64,000 nucleotides of DNA from Ignavibacteriales bacterium CG07_land_8_20_14_0_80_59_12 (GCA_002779395.1 PEWR01000091.1:1464-65463); one strand, 5' to 3'; counted from the first letter of the stretch, positions 26,935 through 37,695 are shown. Translations and numbers: made by a program. The notes: generated from the sequence alone by a model not told the origin.

Positions 26935-28344
26935 ATGGCGAACGCTCTGAACTTCAACAGACGGGAGGGCTACCTCGAGAAGTATGGGTTCCACGACAAG
27001 AACTCGTATGTGTACCGGACCGAGAAGGGGGTATCCTCCCGCATCGTCGAGGAGATCTCGGGATTGAAGGGAGAGCCCGAGTGGATGCGCAATTTCCGCC
27101 TCCGGTCCTATGGCATCTTTGAAAAAAAGTCGATGCCGGGCTGGGGAGCGGATCTCTCCGGGCTCAGATTCGACGACCTCTACTACTACGTGAAGCCGTC
27201 GGACAAGAAGGGACGGAACTGGGACGAAGTGCCGGAGAAGGTGAAGCTGACCTTCGAGCGACTCGGTATCCCCGAGGCCGAGCGAAAGTACCTCGCAGGC
27301 GTCGAAGCGCAGTACGATTCTGAAAGCGTCTACTCGAGCCTGAAGGGGATCTGGGAAAAGCTGGGGGTGATCTTCTGCAGCACTGATGAAGCGCTGAAGA
27401 AGTACCCCGACATAGTGCGGCAGTACTTCGGCACCGTCATCCCGCCGGGAGATAACAAGTTTGCGGCTCTCAACAGCGCCGTCTGGAGCGGCGGGTCGTT
27501 TATCTACGTCCCTGCCGGCGTGAAGGTCGAGATCCCTCTCCAGGCGTACTTCCGCATCAACGCGGAGAGCGCCGGGCAGTTCGAGCGGACACTCATCATC
27601 GCCGAACCAGGGAGCTTCGTCCACTATGTCGAGGGATGCACCGCACCTGTTTACTCGACGAACTCTCTTCACAGCGCAGTAGTTGAGATCGTCGTGAAGG
27701 AGGGAGCGCGCGTCCGCTACACGAGCATCCAGAACTGGTCGGATAATGTCTACAACCTTGTCACGAAGCGCGCGTTCGCCTACAAGGACGCGACGATGGA
27801 GTGGTTGGACGGCAACCTGGGGAGCAAGGTGACGATGAAGTATCCCTCCATCTATCTCATGGAGAAGGGGGCGCGGGGTGAAGTCCTCTCCATCGCTTAT
27901 GCGGGGAACGGGCAGCACCAGGACGCCGGCGGCAAGGCCGTGCACATCGCCCCGTACACCTCGTCGCGAATTGTCTCCAAGTCGATCAGCAAGGGGACCG
28001 GACGGTCAAGCTACCGGGGTCTTGTCCATGTGAGGAAGGGGGCGCACCACGTGAAGTCGAAGGTCCGGTGCGACGCACTCCTCCTCGATGACCGTGCGCG
28101 AAGCGACACGTACCCCGTCATGGAGATCAACGAGGACGAGGTCGACATTGGGCACGAGGCGACCGTCAGCAAGGTCGGAGACGAGCAGCTTTTCTACCTT
28201 ACGAGTCGGGGGCTGACTGAAGAGGAAGCGACCGCCGTCATTGTGAGCGGTTTCATTGAGCCTATCGTGAAGCAGCTGCCGATGGAATACGCGATTGAGC
28301 TGAACCGGCTCATCGAGCTCGAGATGGAAGGCTCGGTCGGCTGA
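26935..28344 (+). CDS. sufB: Fe-S assembly scaffold SufB
   Basis: [32 protein letters not shown] and LEMEGSVG. Confidence 0.96.
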   Translation: MANALNFNRREGYLEKYGFHDKNSYVYRTEKGVSSRIVEEISGLKGEPEWMRNFRLRSYGIFEKKSMPGWGADLSGLRFDDLYYYVKPSDKKGRNWDEVPEKVKLTFERLGIPEAERKYLAGVEAQYDSESVYSSLKGIWEKLGVIFCSTDEALKKYPDIVRQYFGTVIPPGDNKFAALNSAVWSGGSFIYVPAGVKVEIPLQAYFRINAESAGQFERTLIIAEPGSFVHYVEGCTAPVYSTNSLHSAVVEIVVKEGARVRYTSIQNWSDNVYNLVTKRAFAYKDATMEWLDGNLGSKVTMKYPSIYLMEKGARGEVLSIAYAGNGQHQDAGGKAVHIAPYTSSRIVSKSISKGTGRSSYRGLVHVRKGAHHVKSKVRCDALLLDDRARSDTYPVMEINEDEVDIGHEATVSKVGDEQLFYLTSRGLTEEEATAVIVSGFIEPIVKQLPMEYAIELNRLIELEMEGSVG

Positions 28345-28375
28345 ACTGAACCTACAAAGCGACTGCAGAGTGGAC

Positions 28376-29698
28376 ATGGAAGAACGCACGCTCGAGCTTC
28401 TCACACGCCAGGGTATCACACGCGGCGCGGTCGAGGAGCTGTCGAGGCTCAACGACGAGCCGGAATGGCTGCGCAAGATGCGGCTCCTCGCCTGGTCGAT
28501 CTACGAAAGCTCTCCTGTTCCGCCGTGGAAGCGGATCGATTTGTCAAGCATCCATCTCGACGAGCTCACAGCGTTTGCGCCGGGCGAGAAACCGGTGGCG
28601 GATGTCGCGGTCGCGAACAGCATCTTCTCGGGGGATGAAGCGCGTGGCGGCAGGATTGTCCAAACCAATTCGGTGGTCGATGAGACACTCGGATCCCCGC
28701 TTGACCCATCTCTTTCCATGAAGGGAGTCGTTTTCACGAGCCTCGAGAAGGCGGCCGCCACGCATCCGGAGATGGTCCGCAAACATCTCTTCGTGGACGC
28801 GGTGAAGCTGACGGAAAACAGGTTCGTTGCAATGAACGGGGCGCTCTGGGGCGGCGGCATGTTCCTCTACGTCCCGCCCTTCACTGAAATCACCTCGCCG
28901 CTGCAGTACACGCTCATTGCAGCGCAGAGCGGGGCGGCGCTCTTCCCGCATCTCCTGATCATCGTCGGTGAGGGAAGCTCACTCACGTTCGTTGACCAGT
29001 CCGCTACAATCGGCGCGGACGGGCCTGCGCTCGCGTCGCAGGTCGTCGAGATCTTTGCAAATCCGGGCGCGCAGGTCAACTACGTTTCCGTCCAGGAGTT
29101 CAGCCGGACCGCGAAGAACTTCGCTTTGAAAAGGGCGATCCTGTCGCGCGACAGCCGGATGATATGGACAGAGATCGGCGTCGGCTCGAAAGTGTCGCGC
29201 GTGTCTGCCGAGGCGATCCTGAGAGATCCGGGCTCGGAGGTCCAGCTCCTCGGGCTCTATTTCGGCCAGGGAGAGCAGCGCCTGGAGTACGACACGCTTC
29301 AGCTCCACGCCGCTCCGCATACGAAGAGCGACCTTCTCTACAAAGGGGCGCTCAGGGAGAAAGCGCACTCGGTCTTCAACGGGCTGATCCGTGTCGAGCG
29401 CGGAGCCCAGCGAACGGACGCCTATCAGGCGAACAGGAATCTGCTGTTGAGCAATACCTCACGGGCCGACTCGCTTCCGACGCTCGAGATCGAGGCGAAC
29501 GATGTGCGGTGCACACACGGTGCCACGGTCGGACCCATCGATCCGGATCAGCTTTTCTATCTCCTTGCCCGGGGTATTGAGAGGGAGACGGCCGAGAAGC
29601 TTCTCGTCCTCGGCTTCTACGAAGCGGTACTTCAGAAGATCCCGCTCGAAGAGCTTCGAGAAGCGATCCGGAACTACATTGAACGGGAACTGGAGTAG
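28376..29698 (+). CDS. sufD: Fe-S assembly protein SufD
   Basis: LEIEANDVRCTHGATVG and position after sufB. Confidence 0.93.
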   Translation: MEERTLELLTRQGITRGAVEELSRLNDEPEWLRKMRLLAWSIYESSPVPPWKRIDLSSIHLDELTAFAPGEKPVADVAVANSIFSGDEARGGRIVQTNSVVDETLGSPLDPSLSMKGVVFTSLEKAAATHPEMVRKHLFVDAVKLTENRFVAMNGALWGGGMFLYVPPFTEITSPLQYTLIAAQSGAALFPHLLIIVGEGSSLTFVDQSATIGADGPALASQVVEIFANPGAQVNYVSVQEFSRTAKNFALKRAILSRDSRMIWTEIGVGSKVSRVSAEAILRDPGSEVQLLGLYFGQGEQRLEYDTLQLHAAPHTKSDLLYKGALREKAHSVFNGLIRVERGAQRTDAYQANRNLLLSNTSRADSLPTLEIEANDVRCTHGATVGPIDPDQLFYLLARGIERETAEKLLVLGFYEAVLQKIPLEELREAIRNYIERELE

Positions 29699-29711
29699 CG
29701 GGGATACACCC

Positions 29712-30935
29712 ATGCTGGATCCTCATCGCATACGGACCGACTTCCCGATCCTCTCGCGCGAGGTGAACGGGAAGCCGCTCGTCTACCTCGACAGCACGGC
29801 AACGACGCAGAAGCCGACAGCGGTCCTGGAGGCGATGCGAAAGTATTACGAACGCTCGAACGCGAACGTGCACCGGGGAGCCTACACGCTGGCGCAGGAG
29901 GCGACTGAAGCGTATGAGGAGACGCGCTCGAAGGTCGCGCGGTTCATCCACGCGCCGTCGGACTCTGGTGTCATCTTTACGCGGAACACCACAGAGGCGA
30001 TCAATCTCGTCGCACAGGCATGGGGCCGGGCGAACCTCCATGCGGGAGATGAAATCATCCTGACGGAGATGGAGCACCACAGCAACCTCATCCCGTGGCA
30101 GATGGTTGCACGCGAGCGCGGCGCTGTGCTGAAGTTCCTGCACGTCATGGATGATGGGACACTCGACGTCGGCGAGGTCGATACGCTTCTTTCGGACCGG
30201 ACGAAGCTGGTGGGCCTTGTCCACGTCTCGAATGTCCTCGGCACGATCAACCCCGTGAAGGAAATCGCGAAGCGGGCACATGCGGCAGGCGCGCGCATTC
30301 TGGTGGATGGGGCCCAAAGCGTGCCCCACATGCCCGTCGACGTGAAAGACATTGACTGCGACTTCTTTGCGTTCTCGGGTCACAAGATGCTCGGTCCGAC
30401 AGGCATCGGGGTTCTCTATGGGAAGCCAAAAATCCTCGATGCGATGCCGCCCTTCCTCGGAGGAGGGGAGATGATCCGTGAAGTCCAGCTTGATTGGTCC
30501 ACCTACAACGACATCCCGTGGAAGTTCGAAGCAGGCACGCCGAACATCGGTGGCGCCATTGGACTCGGCGCCGCAATCGATTACTTGGATGCTGTCGGGA
30601 TGGGTGAAGTCCGTGCCCACGAGGAGAGAATCACCGCGAAGGCGCTCGCGGCGCTTCGCGATATCGAGGGCCTTGAAGTCTTCGGGCCGGAAGTTCGCGG
30701 AGGCGTCGTCTCGTTCGCAATGCGCGGCGCTCATCCGCACGACATCGCAACCATCCTCGACCAGGACGGCGTCGAGATTCGCGCCGGGCATCATTGCGCC
30801 CAGCCGCTCATGCGACGCCTCAATGTAGTGGCGACGGCGCGGGCAAGCTTCTACATTTACAACACCGAATCTGAAATAGAGGTCCTCGTGGAGAGCCTCA
30901 AGAAGGTGAAGGAGGTCTTTGCCCGTGTCTCTTGA
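29712..30935 (+). CDS. sufS: Cysteine desulfurase SufS
   Basis: YLDSTATTQKP, SGHKM and RAGHHCAQPL. Confidence 0.96.
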   Translation: MLDPHRIRTDFPILSREVNGKPLVYLDSTATTQKPTAVLEAMRKYYERSNANVHRGAYTLAQEATEAYEETRSKVARFIHAPSDSGVIFTRNTTEAINLVAQAWGRANLHAGDEIILTEMEHHSNLIPWQMVARERGAVLKFLHVMDDGTLDVGEVDTLLSDRTKLVGLVHVSNVLGTINPVKEIAKRAHAAGARILVDGAQSVPHMPVDVKDIDCDFFAFSGHKMLGPTGIGVLYGKPKILDAMPPFLGGGEMIREVQLDWSTYNDIPWKFEAGTPNIGGAIGLGAAIDYLDAVGMGEVRAHEERITAKALAALRDIEGLEVFGPEVRGGVVSFAMRGAHPHDIATILDQDGVEIRAGHHCAQPLMRRLNVVATARASFYIYNTESEIEVLVESLKKVKEVFARVS

Positions 30936-31380
30936 CGAGCTTTACGGCGAGATCATCCTCGACCACTACAAGAACCCGCGCAATGCGGGGGAGATGGAGG
31001 ATCCGTCAATCAAGTCGCAGGGATTCAACCAGTCGTGTGGAGACGACATCACGATCTTCGTACGTGTCGACGAGAACGGAAGGATCAGCGGCATCAGGTT
31101 CAGCGGACACGGTTGCGCGATCAGCCAGTCATCTGCCTCGATGATGACGGAGCGAATGAGGGGGAAGACACTTGAGGAGGCGGAGGAGTTCATCAGCCGC
31201 ATGCGGAAGATGCTTACCGGTGGGGGAGATTTCTCCGAGCTCGGAGAATACGATGAGCTCTCTGCGCTGCGCGGTGTGACGAAATTCCCGATGCGTGTGA
31301 AATGCGCATCGCTCGCGTGGACGACTCTGGAGACGGGGATCGAGGAATTCCGCGGCGAGGGCCGTGCCAACAGGACGTAA
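30925..31380 (+). CDS. sufU: SufU (NifU-like) sulfur transfer protein
   Basis: ILDHYKNPRN, CGD, GCAISQSSAS and RVKCA. Confidence 0.94.
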   Translation: MSLDELYGEIILDHYKNPRNAGEMEDPSIKSQGFNQSCGDDITIFVRVDENGRISGIRFSGHGCAISQSSASMMTERMRGKTLEEAEEFISRMRKMLTGGGDFSELGEYDELSALRGVTKFPMRVKCASLAWTTLETGIEEFRGEGRANRT

Positions 31381-31488
31381 GATCCATCCCCCGCCCTGCA
31401 ACGGAGCGGAAGGCGTCACGCGGCCCTTGTTTCCAAGTTCTCCTTTCGGTACATTAATACGAGTTCATTCAGGGCTGGAGAGTCTATC

Positions 31489-31680
31489 ATGGCAAGAGTC
31501 TGCGAGATCTGCGGCAAGGGGCCGGTGAGCGGGAACAACATAAGCCACGCCCACAATCGCACGCGGCGCCGCTGGATGCCGAACCTACAACGGGTTCGCA
31601 TCATGGTCGGGCAGGTGAAGAAGCAGGCATATGTCTGCACCGGATGTTTGAAGTCCGGGAAGGTGCGCAAGGCCGCGTAG
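31489..31680 (+). CDS. rpmB: 50S ribosomal protein L28 (zinc-ribbon form)
   Basis: [33 protein letters not shown]. Confidence 0.95.
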   Translation: MARVCEICGKGPVSGNNISHAHNRTRRRWMPNLQRVRIMVGQVKKQAYVCTGCLKSGKVRKAA

Positions 31681-31709
31681 AGCTCGCCAATGCGGGCAAA
31701 AAGATCCAC

Positions 31710-31743
31710 AGGCGGTTCCGTGCAACAGGGACTGCCTTTTTTT
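31710..31743 (+). terminator. Intrinsic terminator after rpmB
   Basis: AGGCGGTTCC..GGGACTGCCT stem followed by a T run. Confidence 0.7.
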
Positions 31744-31770
31744 ATGTCTCTCTCGTGAGCGGTGAAGCGC

Positions 31771-32760
31771 ATGCGCGCGACGTACAAATCTTCAGGCGTC
31801 GACATATCGGCCGGCGAAGAGCTTGTTCGCTTGATCAAGCCCGTGGCTCGGGGGACCTTCTCAAGGAACGTCCTTCGCGATGTCGGCATATTCGGCTCGT
31901 TCTACCGGATGCGGAAGGGCCGCCTCGCGTCCCCGGTGATGGTCGCAAGCACGGACGGCGTCGGGACGAAGCTCGCGGTTGCGTTTGCCGCGAAGAGACA
32001 CGGCACGGTCGGGCAGGATCTCGTGAACCACTGTGTGAACGACATCGCGGTTTCCGGAGCCATCCCGCTCTTCTTCCTCGATTACTACGCGACAGGTAAG
32101 CTTGTTCCGAGAATTGCCGCAGAGGTCATCGGAGGAGTTGCGAAGGCGTGCGGTGAAAACGGTGTCTCGCTCGTGGGTGGCGAGACGGCGGAGATGCCAG
32201 GTTTGTACCAGGGGACCGAGTACGACCTGGCCGGCACGATAGTCGGAATCGTCGATGAGAAAGAGATCATCGATGGCAGGTCCATTCGGCGCGGGGATAT
32301 CCTCCTTGCGGTCCCGTCGAACGGCCTCCACACAAACGGCTACTCGCTGGCGCGCAAAGTCCTCCTCTCGAACTACAGACTGGGAAGCCGGGTCCCTGAG
32401 CTCGGGACCACGCTGGTCGACGAGCTGCTGAAAATCCATCGGTCGTACCTGAAGTCCATCCGGCGTGTCACATCACGGTTTCGTGTCGGCGGCATTTCAC
32501 ATATCACCGGGGGTGGGATTGAGGGGAACACGAAACGGATCCTCCCAAAGGGGTTGAGACTCCGGGTTGACTGGGGATCGTGGGAGCGGCCGGCAATCTT
32601 CCCTCTCGTTCAGAAGCTTGGGAACGTGCCTGAGGCGGACATGCGGCGAACATTTAATCTCGGCGTTGGCCTGATATTCATCGTGCGGCCGTCGGATGCC
32701 CATCAAGCCGCGGGCCTTCTCCGGAATGAGGGTGCGTTCGTCTGTGGGGGAGTTGCGTAG
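31771..32760 (+). CDS. purM: Phosphoribosylformylglycinamidine cyclo-ligase
   Basis: TDGVGTK, GGETAEMPG, SNGLHTNGYSL and HITGGG. Confidence 0.95.
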   Translation: MRATYKSSGVDISAGEELVRLIKPVARGTFSRNVLRDVGIFGSFYRMRKGRLASPVMVASTDGVGTKLAVAFAAKRHGTVGQDLVNHCVNDIAVSGAIPLFFLDYYATGKLVPRIAAEVIGGVAKACGENGVSLVGGETAEMPGLYQGTEYDLAGTIVGIVDEKEIIDGRSIRRGDILLAVPSNGLHTNGYSLARKVLLSNYRLGSRVPELGTTLVDELLKIHRSYLKSIRRVTSRFRVGGISHITGGGIEGNTKRILPKGLRLRVDWGSWERPAIFPLVQKLGNVPEADMRRTFNLGVGLIFIVRPSDAHQAAGLLRNEGAFVCGGVA

Positions 32761-32762
32761 CG

Positions 32763-33104
32763 TCAGGAAGGAGTCTTCTGCGCGCTTGCTCGCTTCTCCT
32801 CGAGTGTCTTGAGGATCTCCCTGAGCATTGGCTCCCACGCCTGAGGGTGGGAGCTGAGAATCCTACTCGACTTTTCAAACTGTTCGCGTGTCACGCCGTC
32901 GGCCTTCAGAACGCTGTCGACGATGGCGATGTACGCCGAGTCGCGCTGCGATAAGCCCGGTTGAAGCTCGACATTGAGAAGCGCGATGTCGGTGTAGGCC
33001 TTGATGAATCTTTCGCGCGAGATGGGAAGATCAAGGTCGTCCTTCCGCGAGCACGCGGTCAGCATGAGCAGGACGAGCGCGGCAAGAAGAGACCGTTGTT
33101 TCAC
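32763..33104 (-). CDS. Hypothetical lipoprotein (DUF4296-like)
   Basis: Lipobox LTAC; GVTREQFEKS helix pattern. Confidence 0.65.
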   Translation of the reverse strand: MKQRSLLAALVLLMLTACSRKDDLDLPISRERFIKAYTDIALLNVELQPGLSQRDSAYIAIVDSVLKADGVTREQFEKSSRILSSHPQAWEPMLREILKTLEEKRASAQKTPS

Positions 33105-33244
33105 GAATCCTCAGGGAATGAATGTCGAAAAGATAGTCGTTTGGGGTTTGGTTTGCAAGGATAGTGCGACTAGCGAGAAGCCACCATCCTGACCTTCCCC
33201 CACAAGGGTGGAAGGAATGACGGACAAGCGATGAAGGACAACTG

Positions 33245-33874
33245 ATGGTCACGGGGATCATAGAGGCTCTTGCGGCATGGATCATCCAGGTCATCTCGGA
33301 CCTGGGATACAGCGGCATCGTCCTCTGCATGGCGATCGAAAGCGCCTGCATCCCTCTCCCGAGCGAGGTGATCATGCCGTTCTCTGGCTACCTTGTCTTT
33401 GCCGGTAGGTTCAGCTTCTGGGGCACAGGTGTCGCGGGTGCCATCGGGTGTGTGGCAGGCTCTGTCGCCTCGTACGCGGCAGGTGTCTATGGGGGTCGGC
33501 CGTTCATCAAGAAGTACGGTAAGTACGTCCTTGTCTCGAAGCATGACCTCGAGCTCGCCGACCGATGGTTCTCGAAATATGGCGACTGGGCGATTTTCTT
33601 CTCGCGCCTCCTGCCAGTGGTCCGGACATTCATTTCGCTTCCCGCCGGCATTTCACGAATGCCTTTCTGGAGGTTCGTCGTCTACACATTCCTGGGCTCG
33701 CTCCCGTGGTGCCTGCTCCTCTCATGGATCGGCATGACCATGGGCGAGCACTGGACTTCTCTGAGCGTCTATTTCCACAGGGCGGACATGCTGATCGGCA
33801 TCGTGATCGTCGGCACCGCCGTGTTCTGGGTCTACCGGCACGTCCGCCATCTCAGGCAGCAGGCACCGGACTGA
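33245..33874 (+). CDS. DedA-family membrane protein
   Basis: ESACIPLPSEVIMPFSG and RLLPVVRTFISLPAG. Confidence 0.93.
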   Translation: MVTGIIEALAAWIIQVISDLGYSGIVLCMAIESACIPLPSEVIMPFSGYLVFAGRFSFWGTGVAGAIGCVAGSVASYAAGVYGGRPFIKKYGKYVLVSKHDLELADRWFSKYGDWAIFFSRLLPVVRTFISLPAGISRMPFWRFVVYTFLGSLPWCLLLSWIGMTMGEHWTSLSVYFHRADMLIGIVIVGTAVFWVYRHVRHLRQQAPD

Positions 33875-33877
33875 ACC

Positions 33878-34348
33878 ATGCCCGTCGTCCTCTCCGACAT
33901 GATTGAGGTGTGCGTCTTCAGGTTCGAGCGGGACGAGGCGCGGTACCTGATCCTGCGACGTGCGGATGACGAAGCGCTCTACCCTAGGCTCTGGCAGTTT
34001 ACCACCGGGATCGTTGAGAAGGGTGAGTCTGCGCTTGCTGCAGCGATGCGTGAGCTTCGGGAAGAGACACGGCTTGAGCCCATGCATGTCTGGGCCGTGC
34101 CGCACACGAGCTCTTTCCTTGAGACGGCCGCTGATCAGCTCCATCTCGTCCCGTTGATCGCTGTCCAGACCTCTCCCGGCCGTGAGCCGGTCCTGTCTCC
34201 CGAACACAGTGCGTATCGCTGGCTTCCGTTCCATGAAGCAGTCCGGCTTGTCGTCTGGCCCGGCCAGAAAGACGGTCTGCGAATGGTCCGTGACTTCATT
34301 GTGAACAACTACGAGACCGGCAGCTGCCTTCAGGTTGACATCCGCTGA
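33878..34348 (+). CDS. NUDIX hydrolase (NudB-like)
   Basis: WQFTTGIVEKGES..AMRELREETRL Nudix box; LSPEH. Confidence 0.88.
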   Translation: MPVVLSDMIEVCVFRFERDEARYLILRRADDEALYPRLWQFTTGIVEKGESALAAAMRELREETRLEPMHVWAVPHTSSFLETAADQLHLVPLIAVQTSPGREPVLSPEHSAYRWLPFHEAVRLVVWPGQKDGLRMVRDFIVNNYETGSCLQVDIR

Positions 34349-34431
34349 GCATCCCTCTGCTTCCCCGATTCTTGCCTTTCCCGGCATTTTTCACTAACTT
34401 TTGATATCCTCAACCATTCGCAAGTCCGCAG

Positions 34432-34560
34432 ATGCCATCTCTACGATTCAGCCAATCGTTTCAAGGCAAAGGAATCGTCATCACAGGCGCTTCGAGCGGC
34501 ATCGGCGAGGCCACATCGAAGCTCCTCGCCTATGAATATCTTCATGAGCTTTGCCGGTAG
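34432..34560 (+). pseudogene. N-terminal remnant of an SDR oxidoreductase
   Basis: MPSLRFSQSFQGKGIVITGASSGIGEATSKLLA, then stop after 42 aa. Confidence 0.7.
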
Positions 34561-35752
34561 GGTGAAATCGGCGGGCGTCTCCTTCCAGCTTGTTGTTACG
34601 CTGGTCGTGCTTCTGACCGGCGCCCTTTTGTCGGTCTCCTGCAACGACAGGATCGTACCGCCGGTGACCCAGGAAACGCTCCGGGGCCAGACCCTCCAGT
34701 ACTTCGACATCAATGGCTTCAGAGCGACAGTCAGATACGACGGTGATTTCAATTCCGGAGAAGCAGGCGCCGGGACGGTGTGGCCCAGGTCAAATCCTGT
34801 CCCCGCCATCTACAACATGGGACTCTGGATTGCTGGAAATTCAGGGGGATCGCTGCGCGTGACGGCTTCGTTCTACGGATCCGAGTTCGTCCCCGGGAAG
34901 ATCGGTGTGATTCCGTCTGCGGGAGTCTTCAAACTGCTTCGTTCGCAGGCGTCCGGTGCCGACAGCACGGTCTGGCCTGTGGACCTCGGTGCCCCTCAAA
35001 CCCCCGACGGAAGGCCGCTCGTGTACGGAGACGAGACTCTCTGGACGGCCTACTGTGACACCGAGCAGACCAGTCATTTCCGCTTTCAGACGATGCCGCT
35101 GTACGTCGATGTTGCACAATGGGTCTTCGGGTACACTTCCGCAGGCACCCCGGCGAATACGATGTTCCTGAGGTTTGACATCATAAATCGAAACCAGACG
35201 CCGATCGAAGGGGCCTGCGTCGGCTTTTTCGCCGACGTCGATCTCGGGAATCCCCGGGATGATCTCGTTGGGTGGAGCTCGACCGCCGAATGCGGTTTCA
35301 CGTATAACACTCCGTCCGACAGCTCATGGGCGGGGGCCCCTCCGGCACTCGGCGTCTACTTCCTCAAGACACCCATGGAGTCAGGGTTTCCCAGGACGAC
35401 GTCCTTCCTCGGCTACACATCCTCCCTTGATCCGGGCAGCGCATCAGAGGCATACAATATGCTGAAGGGATCGATGCCCGACGGAACACCGGTGAGGGAC
35501 ACCGTGGCCGAGCGGACGACGACCTTTATGTATCCCGGCGACCCTGTAAGCCGGACCGGGTGGCTTGACGCCGTGCCCGGTGACAAAAGGGTTCTTCTCT
35601 CCTCCGGTCCGTTTACGCTTCAGCCCAACCAGGCGCAGACTCTCCTCGTCGGAATCACGATGGCGCAGGGGACGAACCCGGTGAACAGTGTATCAGAGCT
35701 TCTTCGCGCCGTGCAGACGATACGCATCACAAGAACCTTATGGGATTTCTAA
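34532..35752 (+). CDS. Hypothetical exported lipoprotein
   Basis: Hydrophobic N-terminus with lipobox-like LSVSC; DVDLG..DD and SSGPF motifs; no C-terminal T9SS domain. Confidence 0.65.
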   Translation: MNIFMSFAGRVKSAGVSFQLVVTLVVLLTGALLSVSCNDRIVPPVTQETLRGQTLQYFDINGFRATVRYDGDFNSGEAGAGTVWPRSNPVPAIYNMGLWIAGNSGGSLRVTASFYGSEFVPGKIGVIPSAGVFKLLRSQASGADSTVWPVDLGAPQTPDGRPLVYGDETLWTAYCDTEQTSHFRFQTMPLYVDVAQWVFGYTSAGTPANTMFLRFDIINRNQTPIEGACVGFFADVDLGNPRDDLVGWSSTAECGFTYNTPSDSSWAGAPPALGVYFLKTPMESGFPRTTSFLGYTSSLDPGSASEAYNMLKGSMPDGTPVRDTVAERTTTFMYPGDPVSRTGWLDAVPGDKRVLLSSGPFTLQPNQAQTLLVGITMAQGTNPVNSVSELLRAVQTIRITRTLWDF

Positions 35753-35754
35753 GC

Positions 35755-36732
35755 ATGGGACTTGAAGATCTCGACACAATCCCGCGCGTCTCACTCGCGA
35801 ATCTGCCGACGCCGCTCGAACAGTACACGATCCGCGGCTTCGATGTCCTCATCAAGCGGGATGACCTGACCGGTTGCGTGACCAGCGGGAACAAGATCCG
35901 CAAGATGGAGTTCATCGCCGCCGACGCAAGGGAGCAGAAGGCGAAGACGCTCGTGACCTTCGGCGCGGTCCAATCGAATCATGCCCGCGCGGTTGCAGCA
36001 GCCGCGGCACAGCTTGGATTCCGCTCGGAGCTTTTCCTCTGGAACGATTCGGGGACTCCGTCGGGCGGAAACTTTTTCCTCGATCGGCTCTTCGGTGCCC
36101 AGGTCCATGTGCTGTCCCGGGCGGAGTACGACGCGATATACCGCGAGATGGCGACGAACGGCGAGGAGGGGAAGTACTTCATCCCCGAGGGAGGAGCGAA
36201 CGCGTTCGGTGTCCTTGCCTACTCCCTCGCGGTGGATGAGATGAAGGAGCAGCTCCTCAAGATGCACAGGAACGTTGACGTTCTTGTGACTGCGGCGGGC
36301 ACGGGAGGAACGGCGGCGGGACTTCTGCTCGGGGCGAAGCTCTTCGACGTGAGAGCGCAGGTGGCGGTTGTGAATGTTCTTCATCCGCGTCCGGATATCC
36401 TCCACCGCGTGCGTGTCCTGCTCGAGCAAGCATCGGCGAAGTTCGGGCTTTCCGTCCGGGTGGACTGGGAGCGCGACCTCCTCATCCTCGACGGCTATTC
36501 ACGCGAAGGGTACACGAACATCGCGCCGATGAAGGCGAAGTTCATCATCGAGATGGCACAGGAATTCGGACTCGTCTTCGACCCTGTCTATACCGGCAAA
36601 GCGTTCTACGGACTGACGCGCGAGATGCGGCGCGGCGGACTTCTCGAGGGAGCGCGACCGCTTTTCGTCCATACCGGCGGTATCTTCGGGCTTTTCGCCA
36701 AACAGGAGGAGTTCGAGAAAGCCGTGAAGTAG
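35755..36732 (+). CDS. D-cysteine desulfhydrase / ACC deaminase family PLP enzyme
   Basis: KRDDLTG..SGNKIRK, QSNHAR, DPVYTGKA and HTGG. Confidence 0.9.
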   Translation: MGLEDLDTIPRVSLANLPTPLEQYTIRGFDVLIKRDDLTGCVTSGNKIRKMEFIAADAREQKAKTLVTFGAVQSNHARAVAAAAAQLGFRSELFLWNDSGTPSGGNFFLDRLFGAQVHVLSRAEYDAIYREMATNGEEGKYFIPEGGANAFGVLAYSLAVDEMKEQLLKMHRNVDVLVTAAGTGGTAAGLLLGAKLFDVRAQVAVVNVLHPRPDILHRVRVLLEQASAKFGLSVRVDWERDLLILDGYSREGYTNIAPMKAKFIIEMAQEFGLVFDPVYTGKAFYGLTREMRRGGLLEGARPLFVHTGGIFGLFAKQEEFEKAVK

Positions 36733-36839
36733 CCTCGTATCGTTCTTCCGAGACTGCGGTGCTTTGTTCTCTTTTTGCCAGGAGTCGACCATCCACTGAT
36801 CTTGACCAATCACTGACGTAGGACCAAGGAGGATTCTGC

Positions 36840-37685
36840 ATGCGCGAGATCCATTTTGATGACGTCGTGGCCGCAGTCCGTGACATGTCCATCGAGGCGA
36901 ACCTCTTCCTCAAGGACGATGTCAAGGAGGCACTGAAGCATGCGTACGAACGCGAGGAGTCTGGCACTGGGAGGAGCATTTTGAAGATGGTGCTGGAGAA
37001 TATCGAGGTCGCTGAAGCGGAGAGACTCCCGCTCTGCCAGGACACCGGCCTCGCTGTCTTCTTTGTGGAGATGGGAGAGGAAGCAAAGGTGTCAGGCGAC
37101 GGAGTTGCGAAGGCGATCAACGAGGGTGTACGCCGCGGGTACAAGGACGGCTACCTCCGGAAGTCGGTCGTCGACGATCCGGTTCGCCGGAAGAACACCG
37201 GCGACAACACGCCGGCGATCATTCACTTCGATGTCGTACCCGGGACGCATCTGAAGATCGCCCTTGCACCGAAGGGTGGGGGCTCGGAGAATATGAGCAC
37301 GGTGAAAATGTTTCCCCCATCCGCGGGCTGGGAAGGGATGAAGAAGTTCGTGCTTGAATGGGTTTTCAAGTCGGGCGGAAACCCGTGTCCTCCCTCTATC
37401 ATCGGCATCGGCGTGGGAGGCAATTTCGAACTTGCGGCCATCAATGCGAAGAAAGCGCTCGTCTTCAGGAAGATCGGACAGCGCAACCCGGATCCTTTCT
37501 GGGCCGGGAAGGAGGTCGAGCTGCTGGATGACATCAACAAGCTCGGCGTCGGTCCGATGGGACTCGGCGGAGTCGTCACGAGCCTTGAGGTATTCATTGA
37601 GTCGGCTCCGTGTCATATCGCGTCGATGCCGATGGCGATCAACACGCAGTGCCATGCGAACCGGCATGCGTTCAGAGAACTGTAG
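36840..37685 (+). CDS. Class I Fe-S fumarate hydratase/tartrate dehydratase alpha subunit
   Basis: CQDTG, GYLRKS, KGGGSEN and CHANRH. Confidence 0.92.
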   Translation: MREIHFDDVVAAVRDMSIEANLFLKDDVKEALKHAYEREESGTGRSILKMVLENIEVAEAERLPLCQDTGLAVFFVEMGEEAKVSGDGVAKAINEGVRRGYKDGYLRKSVVDDPVRRKNTGDNTPAIIHFDVVPGTHLKIALAPKGGGSENMSTVKMFPPSAGWEGMKKFVLEWVFKSGGNPCPPSIIGIGVGGNFELAAINAKKALVFRKIGQRNPDPFWAGKEVELLDDINKLGVGPMGLGGVVTSLEVFIESAPCHIASMPMAINTQCHANRHAFREL

Positions 37686-37695
37686 GAGGTGAACG

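Noticed and set aside
29376..30794. 472-aa minus-strand ORF, and similar long antisense ORFs at 20381..21601, 26737..27945, 46299..47486, 53448..54506 and 57041..58423
   Set aside because: Shadow frames of well-supported plus-strand genes in GC-rich DNA, with no recognisable motifs.
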